Below are positions 20,494 to 30,846 of a DNA stretch of 64,000 nucleotides, one piece after another. How positions within the stretch are numbered: position 1 is the stretch's first letter; every line of letters begins with the position of its first letter. The notes beneath the pieces are model-generated. The model worked only from the letters and a program-made list of their open reading frames with translations. It was not told the DNA's origin and searched no databases. Position numbers and translations under genes: made by a program. The DNA is taken from contig OZ242274.1 in assembly GCA_965207375.1 (NCBI GenBank), positions 704,001 through 768,000 of the forward strand. The letters are read 5' to 3'. This DNA is from Nitrosopumilaceae archaeon. GTDB lineage: Archaea; Thermoproteota; Nitrososphaeria; Nitrososphaerales; Nitrosopumilaceae.

Positions 20494-21810
20494 GTGATTA
20501 AATTGAAGATTCTTACTCCTACATTTCTACACCCTTCTAGAAATAACCTTAGAGTTTATTTGATGAATTCTATACAAAAAAACCTATCACATATTACTGA
20601 TACGACTGTAGTTTGGGTTGTATTTCAACCAGACAGGTTTTCCTCTACAAAAAATGAACATGAGTGGATAATTGATATTCACGATTTTGATGATGCAGTA
20701 TCTTTGTTAAAGGAGATAAAACCAGATTGTGTTCTTGTAACTTACACATATGATACTATTCAGCATTCATTATCTATGGCTGCCAAATTTTTACAAATTC
20801 CATTGATTTCAATTTATTGGAAACCACCTATTCATGTAGGAATCAAGCAGATCAAAGCAATATCTTTGAAAAATAACATTTCTGCAATTATACGAAATTT
20901 TGTTTCTTCAAAAGTACCAACTGACTCTAAGCAACAAAAACATTTCTTTAGAAGAGGAAGATTTGCATTATACAAATATAACTATTTGGTCAAAACACAA
21001 AATCAAATAGGAAAATCATTTTTATATATTCTAAAATTTTCTGCAGAAGACATTTTCAAATATATGCAATCCCGTATGGAAAGATATAATCTTCTATCAG
21101 ATTTGCATTTACTGTGTGATGATTCCTGGATAGATGTCTTAAAATATCGTAAGATTGCTAAAGAAAAGCTTTTGATAACTGGAAATCCCATGAATGATAG
21201 AGTCTTTGGAAAAATTAAAAATCCTACAAAGAAAATTCCCGACATATCTAGTCTCAATATCTTGGTTGTTACCGACTCATTATACGAACATGGTTTATGG
21301 TCGCAATCAGAACGTGATGCTTTCGTTGAATATCTTTTATCGGAGATTAAGGGAATTTCAGGAGTATCAATTACCGTAAAGATTCATCCTAGTTCTGAAG
21401 ATTTTAATGAATATCAAGAAATTTTAGCGAAAAACCATTCTGATATAGTTCTGTTACAACATGAGGATTTGTTAGATATTGTTGTTAATTATGATCTTGT
21501 TGTATCATACGGAGAGAGTAATTCTCATGAGGAAGTAATTCTTGGTGAGAAAAAACTAATCCTAGTGGATGTCAAAGTACTTACAAATCATAAACGAATA
21601 ATCCAACATGGGGTTTCTTCAGGTCTGGTTCAACACGTGTCAGATATTAAATCACTTGGCAAAATCATTCCTAATTTCTTAAAGCAACCTATTGACATTA
21701 CCGAAGAATTTGCAAGTGAGCGTACTGTAATGTGTGATGCCGGTGATACTTCAGGAGAGACTGTGGCAAAAGCCATAATTGCTTTGATTTCTAAATCTAA
21801 AGCTAACTGA
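20494..21810 (+). CDS. Hypothetical GT-B-like protein (candidate capsule/nonulosonate transferase)
   Basis: ITGNP..D, VKIHPSSE and DLVVS..S pattern of a GT-B C-terminal domain; directly upstream of neuA. Confidence 0.55.
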   Translation: MIKLKILTPTFLHPSRNNLRVYLMNSIQKNLSHITDTTVVWVVFQPDRFSSTKNEHEWIIDIHDFDDAVSLLKEIKPDCVLVTYTYDTIQHSLSMAAKFLQIPLISIYWKPPIHVGIKQIKAISLKNNISAIIRNFVSSKVPTDSKQQKHFFRRGRFALYKYNYLVKTQNQIGKSFLYILKFSAEDIFKYMQSRMERYNLLSDLHLLCDDSWIDVLKYRKIAKEKLLITGNPMNDRVFGKIKNPTKKIPDISSLNILVVTDSLYEHGLWSQSERDAFVEYLLSEIKGISGVSITVKIHPSSEDFNEYQEILAKNHSDIVLLQHEDLLDIVVNYDLVVSYGESNSHEEVILGEKKLILVDVKVLTNHKRIIQHGVSSGLVQHVSDIKSLGKIIPNFLKQPIDITEEFASERTVMCDAGDTSGETVAKAIIALISKSKAN

Positions 21811-21876
21811 TGAGTAGGCCCTCATATATCAATGAAATTTTATGTGGGAACATGTTCAGTCAAGCAGGTGTGAATT

Positions 21877-22563
21877 ATGTATAATAATAAACAGGTATTA
21901 TGCTTGATTTTGGCTAGAGGAGGATCAAAGGGAGTTCCAAGAAAAAATATAAAAATTTTACACGGCAAGCCACTCATTAAACATAGCATAGACGTAGCAA
22001 AACAAACAGCATACATTGACAAAATTTTTGTATCTACAGATGATAAAAAAATTAAAGAAATTTCCATGAATGCAGGAGCATCCGTAATTGATCGTCCATC
22101 AGAATTAGCATCGGATTCAGCAGAATATCTTCAGGCTGTTAAACATATGTTAGGATCGATTAAAGCCAAACCTGATTCTATGATTGTTTTGCTTGAAGTT
22201 ACCTTACCAATTAGAAAAATGACAGATGTCAAAAATTGTATCGAGTGTTTTAACAGCAACGTTGACTGTGTAGTTTCGGTCATGGAGGCAAAAGTTCATC
22301 CAGGATTCATGTTCAGATCAAAAGGAGATTTATTAGTACGATATGATGAAACTATAAATCTAAAAAACAGACAAGAAATGGAAAAACTTTATGCGTATAC
22401 TGGTTCCATTCTTGTAACAAATGTAAATTTTTTACAAAATCAAGATTCCGTTGTTTTTGGAGGAAGAATGAAGGGTTATTTACTTGATGAAAAAAGTTCT
22501 CTAGACATTGATAGCCCTTTTGATTTTGACATGTGTGAATTTGTTTTGAATAGTTACAAATAA
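21877..22563 (+). CDS. neuA: Acylneuraminate cytidylyltransferase
   Basis: ILARGGSKGVPRKN, GKPLI, VSTDD, RPSELASD, RQ, SLDID...DF. Confidence 0.93.
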   Translation: MYNNKQVLCLILARGGSKGVPRKNIKILHGKPLIKHSIDVAKQTAYIDKIFVSTDDKKIKEISMNAGASVIDRPSELASDSAEYLQAVKHMLGSIKAKPDSMIVLLEVTLPIRKMTDVKNCIECFNSNVDCVVSVMEAKVHPGFMFRSKGDLLVRYDETINLKNRQEMEKLYAYTGSILVTNVNFLQNQDSVVFGGRMKGYLLDEKSSLDIDSPFDFDMCEFVLNSYK

Positions 22564-22823
22564 TGATTGAATAGATGTAGTCTACATATTATTGATTCAG
22601 TAGATTCAGAATCAACTGATCAAAATTTTTGTAAATCTTGTCTAGTTTTTTGGTTTCTGCATTTACAAAATATCAGAATATTTGATTGAGATGTCATGAA
22701 CTTCAGGTCGTGGGTTTTATAGATAAGATTTCCATGTAGGCTCAAATTAAAGTGTTGTAAACGACTAGTGGGATATACAATTTTCGACCATATCTTCTTA
22801 AAGGTGAAAATAATAATCTTTTT

Positions 22824-23705
22824 ATGAATATCCTTGTGGGCATTCCTGCATTTAATGAGGAAAAAAATATTGCAAAAATAATAATCAAATTGCAGAAAAT
22901 TACCGATAACATCATAGTTTGTAATGACGGTTCCAAAGACCTTACAGCAGAAATTGTTGAAAAGCTTGGCGCCAAAGTAATTAATCATGAAAAAAATTTG
23001 GGATATGGTGCAAGTATAAGAAGTATTTTTCTCAAAGCCAAGGAGATGGATTTTGATGTATTAGTTACCTTTGATGCAGACGGTCAGCATAGAATTTCAG
23101 ATATAAAACCGATAATTCAACAAATAGAGAATAATCAAGCAGATATCGTGATTGGTTCAAGGTTTCTAAAGGAGAAAAACGATGTTCCAAAATTCAGAAA
23201 ATTGGGAATCAAGACGATTACTTCACTAACAAATGCATCTTTGGATAAAACCATCACGGATTCACAAAGTGGTCTTCGAGCTTATAGCAAAAAGGTCGTA
23301 AGAGAAATTACCCCAGCAGAGAGTGGAATGGGCGTATCAACTGAGATTCTGATAAAAGCAAACAAAAAAGACTTCAAGATAGGCGAAGTGCCCATAGTTG
23401 TATCATATGAGGGAAAGACATCAACGCACCATCCGGTATCTCATGGAATTTCAGTGGTTGCAAGTACTTTAAAATTCACATCAATTGAGCATCCATTGAA
23501 ATTTTATGGAATTCCAGGGGTAATTTTTCTAACGGTGGGGTTGTTTTTTACCATCTGGACAATTCAGGGTTTCACTGAAACAAGACAGATCATAACAAAT
23601 GTTGCAATAATTGGAATAGGTACTACGATTCTAGGATCTCTGTTAATTGTGACTTCCATCATGCTTTATTCCATAGTTACGGTGGTGAGGGAAAAACACA
23701 GTTAA
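22824..23705 (+). CDS. GT2 glycosyltransferase (dolichol-phosphate sugar synthase-like) with C-terminal TM helices
   Basis: IPAFNEE, NDGSKD, NLGYG, FDADGQH, IGSRF, TDSQSG.RAY. Confidence 0.92.
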   Translation: MNILVGIPAFNEEKNIAKIIIKLQKITDNIIVCNDGSKDLTAEIVEKLGAKVINHEKNLGYGASIRSIFLKAKEMDFDVLVTFDADGQHRISDIKPIIQQIENNQADIVIGSRFLKEKNDVPKFRKLGIKTITSLTNASLDKTITDSQSGLRAYSKKVVREITPAESGMGVSTEILIKANKKDFKIGEVPIVVSYEGKTSTHHPVSHGISVVASTLKFTSIEHPLKFYGIPGVIFLTVGLFFTIWTIQGFTETRQIITNVAIIGIGTTILGSLLIVTSIMLYSIVTVVREKHS

Positions 23706-23840
23706 CTTGGAATTTATTCAAACGTTGTAAGTGTTAACCTGATCACTTGTAAATTCTTCGGGGTCATATGGACAGTATGGACCGACCACTTGAAACTCAT
23801 GATGCTCAGAACTCACGTTCTTCCTTGTCAGATTATCAAA

Positions 23841-25010
23841 TTATTTTGGATCCGATACGTCATCACCTAACTGATCAATTGCTGCAAGAGTATTTGTTTT
23901 TTCCATCCATGAAATAAGTTGTTTTTTCAAACTTTTTTCGATTTGAGGGTTTGAGCCTATTATATTATTATTTTCTCCTGGATCTATTTTCAAATTATAT
24001 AATTGCCATTCATTATTATGTTTGTTAAAAATCATCTTATAATCCAAATTTTTAATACAAAAAATGTTTGGTTCTTTTGGAGAAGGATATGGTCCTTGTA
24101 GTGCTCCCGTCTCAGAAAATACCATTTCTTTATCATCTAATTTTTCTTGTTCATTAAATAAAAACTTGGAAAAACTCTTTCCAGGTAACTCTATTTTTTC
24201 TAGATTTATTAAATCCAGAATGGTTGGGAAGATATCAATTGTTTCTCGTAAACTAGAACATATTCTGTTTTTAACAATCTTATTTCCAATAAATAGATAA
24301 AATGTTCTTATCGTTTCTTCAAAAGTAAATGATCCATAATTTCTTTCACCAAATCTTTCACCAACTCCTGTTCCATGATCTGAAAAAAATATTATTATGC
24401 TTTCATTATCTAAAGCCATATTGTTAATTGTATTATAGATTAATTCCGAATACTCCCCAGCTTCTCGAAAAACTTGATCATAATTGAGCAAATTTTTATC
24501 TTTCTTATCATAAAATCGTTTATCGTTCCATTCATATTTTTTTAATACTTCAGATACGGTAACAGTATGAATTCTAGTAAAATGAAGAAAAACAAACAAA
24601 GGTTTTCCCTTTGAATTTTCTTTACATGTTTTCAAAAAATCTGAATGTCGTTTTCTTAAATCATCATTAAACTCATCGTGAAATTGATGAATATTAAATC
24701 CTCTTTTTGAAATAATTTTATCTGAAAGTAAGTCACATGCTGTAAAATATCCTGCACGGTTTAAAATTTCAGGCAGTATCTTTATCGAATCTTTGAGCCT
24801 AAACATCTTGTAATATGCATCAATTCCATTATCCTTTCCATATAATCCTGAAAAAGTCACATTTACAGAACCAATTGTATATGGTATAGCTGTATTTACA
24901 TTATTCATCAAGGTGCCGTTTTTCATTAGTTTGACAAAATTAGATGATTGTTCAATTCTATCAGCTCTAGCTCCATCAAGTAAAATTAATATAATATTTG
25001 GTCGTTTCAT
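23841..25010 (-). CDS. Sulfatase-like hydrolase/transferase (alkaline phosphatase superfamily, Thr nucleophile)
   Basis: RPNIILILLDGARAD, PYTIGS, FSDHG, DIFPTILD, LYNL..DPGE; no CxPxR motif. Confidence 0.82.
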   Translation of the reverse strand: MKRPNIILILLDGARADRIEQSSNFVKLMKNGTLMNNVNTAIPYTIGSVNVTFSGLYGKDNGIDAYYKMFRLKDSIKILPEILNRAGYFTACDLLSDKIISKRGFNIHQFHDEFNDDLRKRHSDFLKTCKENSKGKPLFVFLHFTRIHTVTVSEVLKKYEWNDKRFYDKKDKNLLNYDQVFREAGEYSELIYNTINNMALDNESIIIFFSDHGTGVGERFGERNYGSFTFEETIRTFYLFIGNKIVKNRICSSLRETIDIFPTILDLINLEKIELPGKSFSKFLFNEQEKLDDKEMVFSETGALQGPYPSPKEPNIFCIKNLDYKMIFNKHNNEWQLYNLKIDPGENNNIIGSNPQIEKSLKKQLISWMEKTNTLAAIDQLGDDVSDPK

Positions 25011-25807
25011 TTCAAATCCTCCAAATTTATAAATTCTGAAATTTTATTTGAATTAAATAATTCATTATAAATTCTATAATCTTTTTTTGAATCCAATTCC
25101 AACCATCCATTATTTACAAATACGGGTGTTATTTTTTGATTGTCTTTAATTAGTCCTTGTAAAAAGTCGGTCATGTAAGATTTCTCAAATGGCATTTTAT
25201 CAGTTAAAGGGTTTATTCCTTCAGTGCGTGACTTTTCCTTACATTTTTTGTAAAATGTTTGAAAATTTTTTATTCCTTTTCCCTGTATTTTAATTAGTCC
25301 AATAAATTGTCCTTTAATTTCTTTAATATTGTCAGTTTTTTGACCTATATCTGAAATTTTGCCATCGTTGTCAATTTGAAGAGTTTCAGCGTCATCTAAA
25401 GGATTCTCAAATCTGATTTCCCACAATTTTCTCCAATCTTGATCTATGACTACTGAAATATCTTCATTAGTTTCCATTAATTTTTTTATTATTTTTTTTT
25501 CATAAATTATATCTCCATAAGAAATTATTATTGATTCATCAAATTCCTCTTCTGCATAAAAAAGTGTCTCCACCATGTTTGTTGAGTTATATTTTTCATT
25601 AAAATAATATTTAACATCTTGAAAATTTATTTTTTCTTTTTGGTAACCTCGAACTATACAAATTTCATTTATTCCTAATTTTTTAAAAACATTAATCTGC
25701 ATTTTTAAAATTGTTTCTCCAAATAATTTTATCATACCTTTTGGATTTTCATTTGTTAATGGCCACAATCTTTTACCCTCACCAGCTGCTAAAATTATGA
25801 CTTTCAA
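25007..25807 (-). CDS. Nucleotidyltransferase (LicC/Cj1416-like cytidylyltransferase)
   Basis: ILAAGEGKRL.PLT...PK, VRGY, TNMVETL, SYGDI, FIGLIK, YMTDFLQ, WLELD. Confidence 0.88.
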   Translation of the reverse strand: MKVIILAAGEGKRLWPLTNENPKGMIKLFGETILKMQINVFKKLGINEICIVRGYQKEKINFQDVKYYFNEKYNSTNMVETLFYAEEEFDESIIISYGDIIYEKKIIKKLMETNEDISVVIDQDWRKLWEIRFENPLDDAETLQIDNDGKISDIGQKTDNIKEIKGQFIGLIKIQGKGIKNFQTFYKKCKEKSRTEGINPLTDKMPFEKSYMTDFLQGLIKDNQKITPVFVNNGWLELDSKKDYRIYNELFNSNKISEFINLEDLK

Positions 25808-25808
25808 T

Positions 25809-26468
25809 TTATTTTACTTGCAATTTATTTTCTAAAAACTTTTTTAATAATGATGTGTTTCTTTCTCTTTCTGGATGCCACATTACTCCCATTATTGGTA
25901 AACTCTTGTGAATAAATCCTTCTATTGTATTGTCTTTTTTATGAATGGCAAATGAAATCAATGATTCTCCAACATCTTCAATATTAATTATATTGCGATG
26001 ATAAGAATTCACAATTATTTTGTTTTGTTTTAACAATTCACTAATTGGTTTATTTAAAATTAATACTTGATGTTTTTTCCTTATGTGTTCATCATTGTTA
26101 CCGCGTCTTATTTTTCCACCAAAAAATTTATTCAATACCTGCATGCCTCTACAAACACCAAATATCGGTAATTTATGTCCTATCCCAAACTCGATGATTT
26201 CTCTTTCAGTACAATCTCTATCAATATTATCTCCAATATCATCGCCTCCTGATAATATTATTCCATCTATGTTTAAACTCTCTAGAAATAGTGATACATT
26301 TGAGAGATTATTAGGAATCATGACGGGAATCATTTTTATCGTGTCCAAAAATCTAGTCCAATCCTGAGACAGAGCATCTCTTTTTTCTTCATATCCTTTA
26401 GCATCAACAATTCTTGTTGAAATTCCAATTTTTCCAAATGATTTCTTTACATCATTATTTTGTGTCAA
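25809..26468 (-). CDS. Class I glutamine amidotransferase/peptidase C26 (Cj1417-like gamma-glutamyl-CDP-amidate hydrolase)
   Basis: YEEKRDALSQDW, ILSGGDD, GVCRGMQ, VNSYH, GVMWHPER. Confidence 0.88.
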   Translation of the reverse strand: MTQNNDVKKSFGKIGISTRIVDAKGYEEKRDALSQDWTRFLDTIKMIPVMIPNNLSNVSLFLESLNIDGIILSGGDDIGDNIDRDCTEREIIEFGIGHKLPIFGVCRGMQVLNKFFGGKIRRGNNDEHIRKKHQVLILNKPISELLKQNKIIVNSYHRNIINIEDVGESLISFAIHKKDNTIEGFIHKSLPIMGVMWHPERERNTSLLKKFLENKLQVK

Positions 26469-26490
26469 GATCTTGTTCCTTTTTAGAATT

Positions 26491-28896
26491 TTATTTAATA
26501 TATCCTAATGTTTTTAATGTTATTTTTTCTTCGATAAATTCATCTAAAAATTTTTGTGTCAAAATTATGATTTGTTGATTTTTACAATCAAGCATTATTT
26601 TAGATGTATTAATAATTTTTTCATATAATATTTCTCCACAACCTATTGCAGCTGGCATGTCTACTTCAGAACATCTAATGGACATGTGTGATGCAACTCC
26701 ACCGTATTTTGTTATTAACCCTTTGAAATTTTTTGTAAATAACCAATCATAACCCGGATCAGCATTTTCTAACAACACAATTTTATTTTGAACGTCAATA
26801 TTTCTTAAGTTCTTTTTAATATGGATAACATTACCTATAATTTTTTTACTTGATATAAAATTAGGTTTTGAATAATAATGTTGAATTATATCAAAATCTT
26901 CTTCTGATTTAATGATTGGGGGTAAAACTAAACTTTCTTGCTTTCTTTTTACATTAATCTGTTTTTTTATAGATATTTTCCATTTTTTAATTAGCTCGTT
27001 TTTTGATAATTTTTTATAATTATCTAAAATTGATGTGATACTTAAATTTGACATTTCATCTCTTTTAAAACCTAGCATCTTTCCAGCCTTTGCAATTAAT
27101 TCCAGAGAATCACTTAGGTTTTTTGTAAATTCAAATTTTAATTCTTCTCTCTGTACAAGTGATATTTTTAAAAGTTCTTGAAAATCTTTCCAGTTTGTTT
27201 CTAAACCATGTTTTTTAAAATCTATTTCTATTCTTTTAATATTTGGTTTTTTCTTTTTTCTTGCTTCAAGTAGATTTATGTTTTCAAAATAATTATTTTT
27301 ATCATATCTTGATGAAGTAATATCATATGTTCCAGGTCTTAAATGACCATATTTTTCTAAAAATTCTTTTTTGCTGATTAGTCTTTTTGTGTATAATTCG
27401 TAGTCGTTTTTAAATTTAGTTAGTGGGCTTTGTATTGTTAGCATTAAATTTTCATAGTAATGCATATCAATAAATCCTGTTTTTATCAAACTTTTTAATA
27501 TTATTGTTCCTATGAATGCAATTCTAGCCATCGTTGAAAATGGAAGTGTTCCATTTTTTTTACAGTCTTTGAGAATTTTTTCCGCAGCCTGAAGATAATC
27601 CACATATCTCTTTTTTGATATGTTAAGATTTTTTTCTATTTTTTTTCTATTTTTAGATAAATTCTTAATAGAATTAGTAGCTTTATTTGAAATATTTTCA
27701 AAATTTACAAATAAATTATTTGTTAGTTGTAAAATGGCCTGTTCTATTTCATCAACCTCTTTAACAGAAAAATTATGATTTTTTAATTCTTGTAATCGTT
27801 CCTTGATTAAAAAATCATAACAGGACAATAGAATTTCAAATTCAACTTTATCATGAAATTCTGGATTTCTTTCTAATTTCATTAGATAAAATTTTAATAG
27901 TTTTTTTCTTAGTTCTGCATTTATTGATTTTGGAATCATTGAATTGAAACTTGTAACAAGATCTATGTATGGTTTGTTTCCAAATCTATACATTAATGAT
28001 TTTGGAAAAGTATCTTGATATCCTAAAATTTTTCTACCAGTAATCCATTCCGATTTTAATAATAAATAATTATACAACGAATAATCTAAAAGATTTGGAT
28101 TATTTCCTATAATTTCTGATGGATTCCAATCTGCCATGTCCGAAAATATATTTTTAAAATTATATTTTGATGATTTTACAATTTTATTATATTTTTTCTT
28201 GTTTTTATTTATTATATTTACAATGTCTTTTTCTAAAATTTGATTTTTATTTTTTATAAAAGTTATGGGTCTAATTTGAAAAATTATTATTTGGTTTGAT
28301 TTTGTGATTGCAAATTCAATATCTAATGAATGTTTTGGGAAAATTTTCTCTATTTCTTTTACTGATTCAATTAATTTTTTAAATTTTAGATCAATTTTTG
28401 AAGTATACTTATGAAAAATATTTACATTTTTACTAATTCCACCTTTTGTAACGGTATCTGTAGAATTTCCGTCGTCATAATTTATTACATAGTATGGTTT
28501 TCCATCATTTTCTGTTTTTGTAAATATTACTCCACTTCTAACAACATTTGATGTCTGATTTTGAACTAAAATCTGGTTATTTTTATTAAAATTTCCTTTT
28601 TTATTGTATGATATAATAATTTTGTTTATTGCAGCTTTTATGTCATTTTTTGATTTAGATGATACATTCAAGATGCTTTGGTAGCTACCTGCTTGGGAAT
28701 TATTTATTGAATCCTCTCCCATCGCTGAACTTCTTATAATTATTTTTGAATGAAAATTTGTTGTAATTTCTTTAATAACTTTTATTGAATTATTCTCCCA
28801 CTCTAAAACTGTAAAATAAAAAATTTTTTCAATTTTAGATTTTTTTAATATTTTTTGTAAATAAATTAATACATTTGCTTTAGATGAAAATTCCAT
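26491..28896 (-). CDS. PEP-utilizing/PPDK-like kinase (Cj1418-like L-glutamine kinase)
   Basis: IRSSA..ED...SQAG, DIEFA..QIRPI, M.DWNPSEIIG, HDKVEF, YGHLRPGTYDI, ADPGYDW, phospho-His motif YGGVASHMSIR. The ORF is open to 29004; MEFSSK at 28896 is the likely start. Confidence 0.88.
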   Translation of the reverse strand: MEFSSKANVLIYLQKILKKSKIEKIFYFTVLEWENNSIKVIKEITTNFHSKIIIRSSAMGEDSINNSQAGSYQSILNVSSKSKNDIKAAINKIIISYNKKGNFNKNNQILVQNQTSNVVRSGVIFTKTENDGKPYYVINYDDGNSTDTVTKGGISKNVNIFHKYTSKIDLKFKKLIESVKEIEKIFPKHSLDIEFAITKSNQIIIFQIRPITFIKNKNQILEKDIVNIINKNKKKYNKIVKSSKYNFKNIFSDMADWNPSEIIGNNPNLLDYSLYNYLLLKSEWITGRKILGYQDTFPKSLMYRFGNKPYIDLVTSFNSMIPKSINAELRKKLLKFYLMKLERNPEFHDKVEFEILLSCYDFLIKERLQELKNHNFSVKEVDEIEQAILQLTNNLFVNFENISNKATNSIKNLSKNRKKIEKNLNISKKRYVDYLQAAEKILKDCKKNGTLPFSTMARIAFIGTIILKSLIKTGFIDMHYYENLMLTIQSPLTKFKNDYELYTKRLISKKEFLEKYGHLRPGTYDITSSRYDKNNYFENINLLEARKKKKPNIKRIEIDFKKHGLETNWKDFQELLKISLVQREELKFEFTKNLSDSLELIAKAGKMLGFKRDEMSNLSITSILDNYKKLSKNELIKKWKISIKKQINVKRKQESLVLPPIIKSEEDFDIIQHYYSKPNFISSKKIIGNVIHIKKNLRNIDVQNKIVLLENADPGYDWLFTKNFKGLITKYGGVASHMSIRCSEVDMPAAIGCGEILYEKIINTSKIMLDCKNQQIIILTQKFLDEFIEEKITLKTLGYIK

Positions 28897-29099
28897 ACAA
28901 TGTGATATTTTTCTTGATATATCATTGTTTTTTGATTTGAAGACTCGCCAGCAAATACAGAATCCTATACAATATAGCGATGTAGGTAAATTCTTGTACA
29001 GCAACAGTATATTCTATTACACCGAAATCATTTCGCCTCGATCCACCACTAGAACTACGCCATGGTGGTTATCATGTGTTCACAATGTTAACCCTTACG

Positions 29100-30473
29100 T
29101 TATAGGTATCCAAGTTTTTTTAATTCATCTTCTACTTTTTTACGTTCGTCATCGTCTAGTATCGAATGAGAATTAGTTTTTTCATCAAGGTATTTTTGCA
29201 AGATTCCTTCCATTTCAGAAACGAGTTCCTTGTTTGAAGACGAAATATCATATTCTTCTAGGGGATCATTGATCAAGTCAAATAGTTGACAGTTTCTTAT
29301 ATCATCATTATCTCTAAAATATTTGAAACGCTCTGTCCTTATTCCGGCTGACTGTTTTTCTGCCTTGGAAATATGAGGCATACTTTGAATATACAGAGGT
29401 TTTTTGTCTATCCCATGTCCTGAAAACAGAGGAATCAAACTAGTTCCATCAATTTTGGAGTTTAAAGGTTCTAGGCCCAAAATCTCTGTAATTGTGGGCA
29501 TAATGTCAATTAATCCTATTTGCCGAGATATTATTTTGTGTTCAGAGATTCCAGAACCGCTCATAATCAGAGGTACTTTGAGAACATCATCAAAGACATG
29601 GCTTCCTGCACTCATTCTAGAACCGGTCAAAACGCGTTTCTGATATCTTGATAACTGTAAATTCTTGATCTTTTTTTCTCTGTTTAATTCTCTAATTTTG
29701 TGTAAAATGGATGAAATCCTTCTTTTTGGGCCATACAAAGATGGTGGAATTTTATTGCCCATCTTCCAGAGCAGCTGCTCTTCGGCATCTGATTCCAAAT
29801 TGACATACTTGCCGTTGATCTTCATTGAACGGACGTATTCTCCATGATCTGCAGAAAGTACTATGATAGTTTTCTTTTTGTCAATTTGAGTTAAAAATTT
29901 TCCAATCCAGATGTCAATTGCAGAAACCATTCTTTCATAGTCTGTTTGGCCAAATTTTTCTTTATCAAAATCTTTTGGGACTATTATGGGCTGATGTAAA
30001 TCGTTAATATGAATATAAAAAAACCAAGGTTCTTTGATTGATGATTGTAGTTTTTTTAGAATTTTTTCTCCCAAACCATCAAACAGGCTATAATAATTAT
30101 TATGACCTGATGATTCGAGTTTTAATTCAAAGTCATCATCTAGTCCTAGAATTGATCCGACACCTGATGTTGCAGCAAAAGTAAGATATCCATGATTTTT
30201 AAAATGTTCAATATAGGTAGGAATAGACGAATCTAACTTTTCATATCTTGCATCACTCATACCTATTCTGAATGGAAATTTTCCGGTAAACATACTGCTT
30301 ATCGAGGGAGTGGTGGATGCTACACAGCTAATTGTTTGGGGAAAAAAGATTCCGGTTTCTATCAAAGAGTCAATATTTGGCGTCAATGATGTTTTTGTGT
30401 CCCCAAAACACATGTCAGAACGAAAAGAGTCAATCAATAAAAAAAAGACATTTTGTTTCATTACCATTCCCAT
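29100..30473 (-). CDS. Sulfatase-like hydrolase/transferase (Thr nucleophile)
   Basis: LLIDSFRSD, TPNID, STTPSISSMFTG, ADHGE, VPLI, DIMPTI, LFDL.NDP.E, LKKLGYL. Confidence 0.85.
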   Translation of the reverse strand: MGMVMKQNVFFLLIDSFRSDMCFGDTKTSLTPNIDSLIETGIFFPQTISCVASTTPSISSMFTGKFPFRIGMSDARYEKLDSSIPTYIEHFKNHGYLTFAATSGVGSILGLDDDFELKLESSGHNNYYSLFDGLGEKILKKLQSSIKEPWFFYIHINDLHQPIIVPKDFDKEKFGQTDYERMVSAIDIWIGKFLTQIDKKKTIIVLSADHGEYVRSMKINGKYVNLESDAEEQLLWKMGNKIPPSLYGPKRRISSILHKIRELNREKKIKNLQLSRYQKRVLTGSRMSAGSHVFDDVLKVPLIMSGSGISEHKIISRQIGLIDIMPTITEILGLEPLNSKIDGTSLIPLFSGHGIDKKPLYIQSMPHISKAEKQSAGIRTERFKYFRDNDDIRNCQLFDLINDPLEEYDISSSNKELVSEMEGILQKYLDEKTNSHSILDDDERKKVEDELKKLGYL

Positions 30474-30716
30474 TTGAGAGAGGATTAAAAATCATTTCAA
30501 ACTGCTGATTTGTAATCTTTGTTCCAATAAGGAAATCAGATTATAAGAATAGCTCTACAGATTTCTGGGAAGAGGCCAGATTTACTGTTCTTATATTTCA
30601 AATTCTAGGCACGGTTCACGTAAACTCGTCATGCAGGACCTTGCCTCTTACGATCTCTGAGTAGGGATAAAGCCTAAGAAACATATCATGTTTTTGGTAA
30701 TTATACACGTCACACC

Positions 30717-30831
30717 TAGATTTGTCCTATTCTTTGGCGACATTACAAATTTGTGTACAAAATCACTATTGATTTCAAAACAACGCCAACTGTTGAACAA
30801 TTCAACTAAAGATCACGCTACAAAAAATCTA
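30717..30831. repeat. Degenerate family-B-like intergenic element
   Basis: TAGATTT...AAATCTA ends and internal ATTTCAAAACAAC motif shared with 46673-46766 and 53320-53410. Confidence 0.45.
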
Positions 30832-30846
30832 TATCAAATTTTTTAT

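Noticed and set aside
23841-25010. True arylsulfatase activity for the sulfatase-like genes
   Set aside because: No C/SxPxR formylglycine motif and no maturation enzyme in the window.
26491-29004. PEP synthase or pyruvate phosphate dikinase call
   Set aside because: No C-terminal pyruvate-binding barrel; the phospho-His domain is C-terminal and the neighbours match the Cj1418 context.
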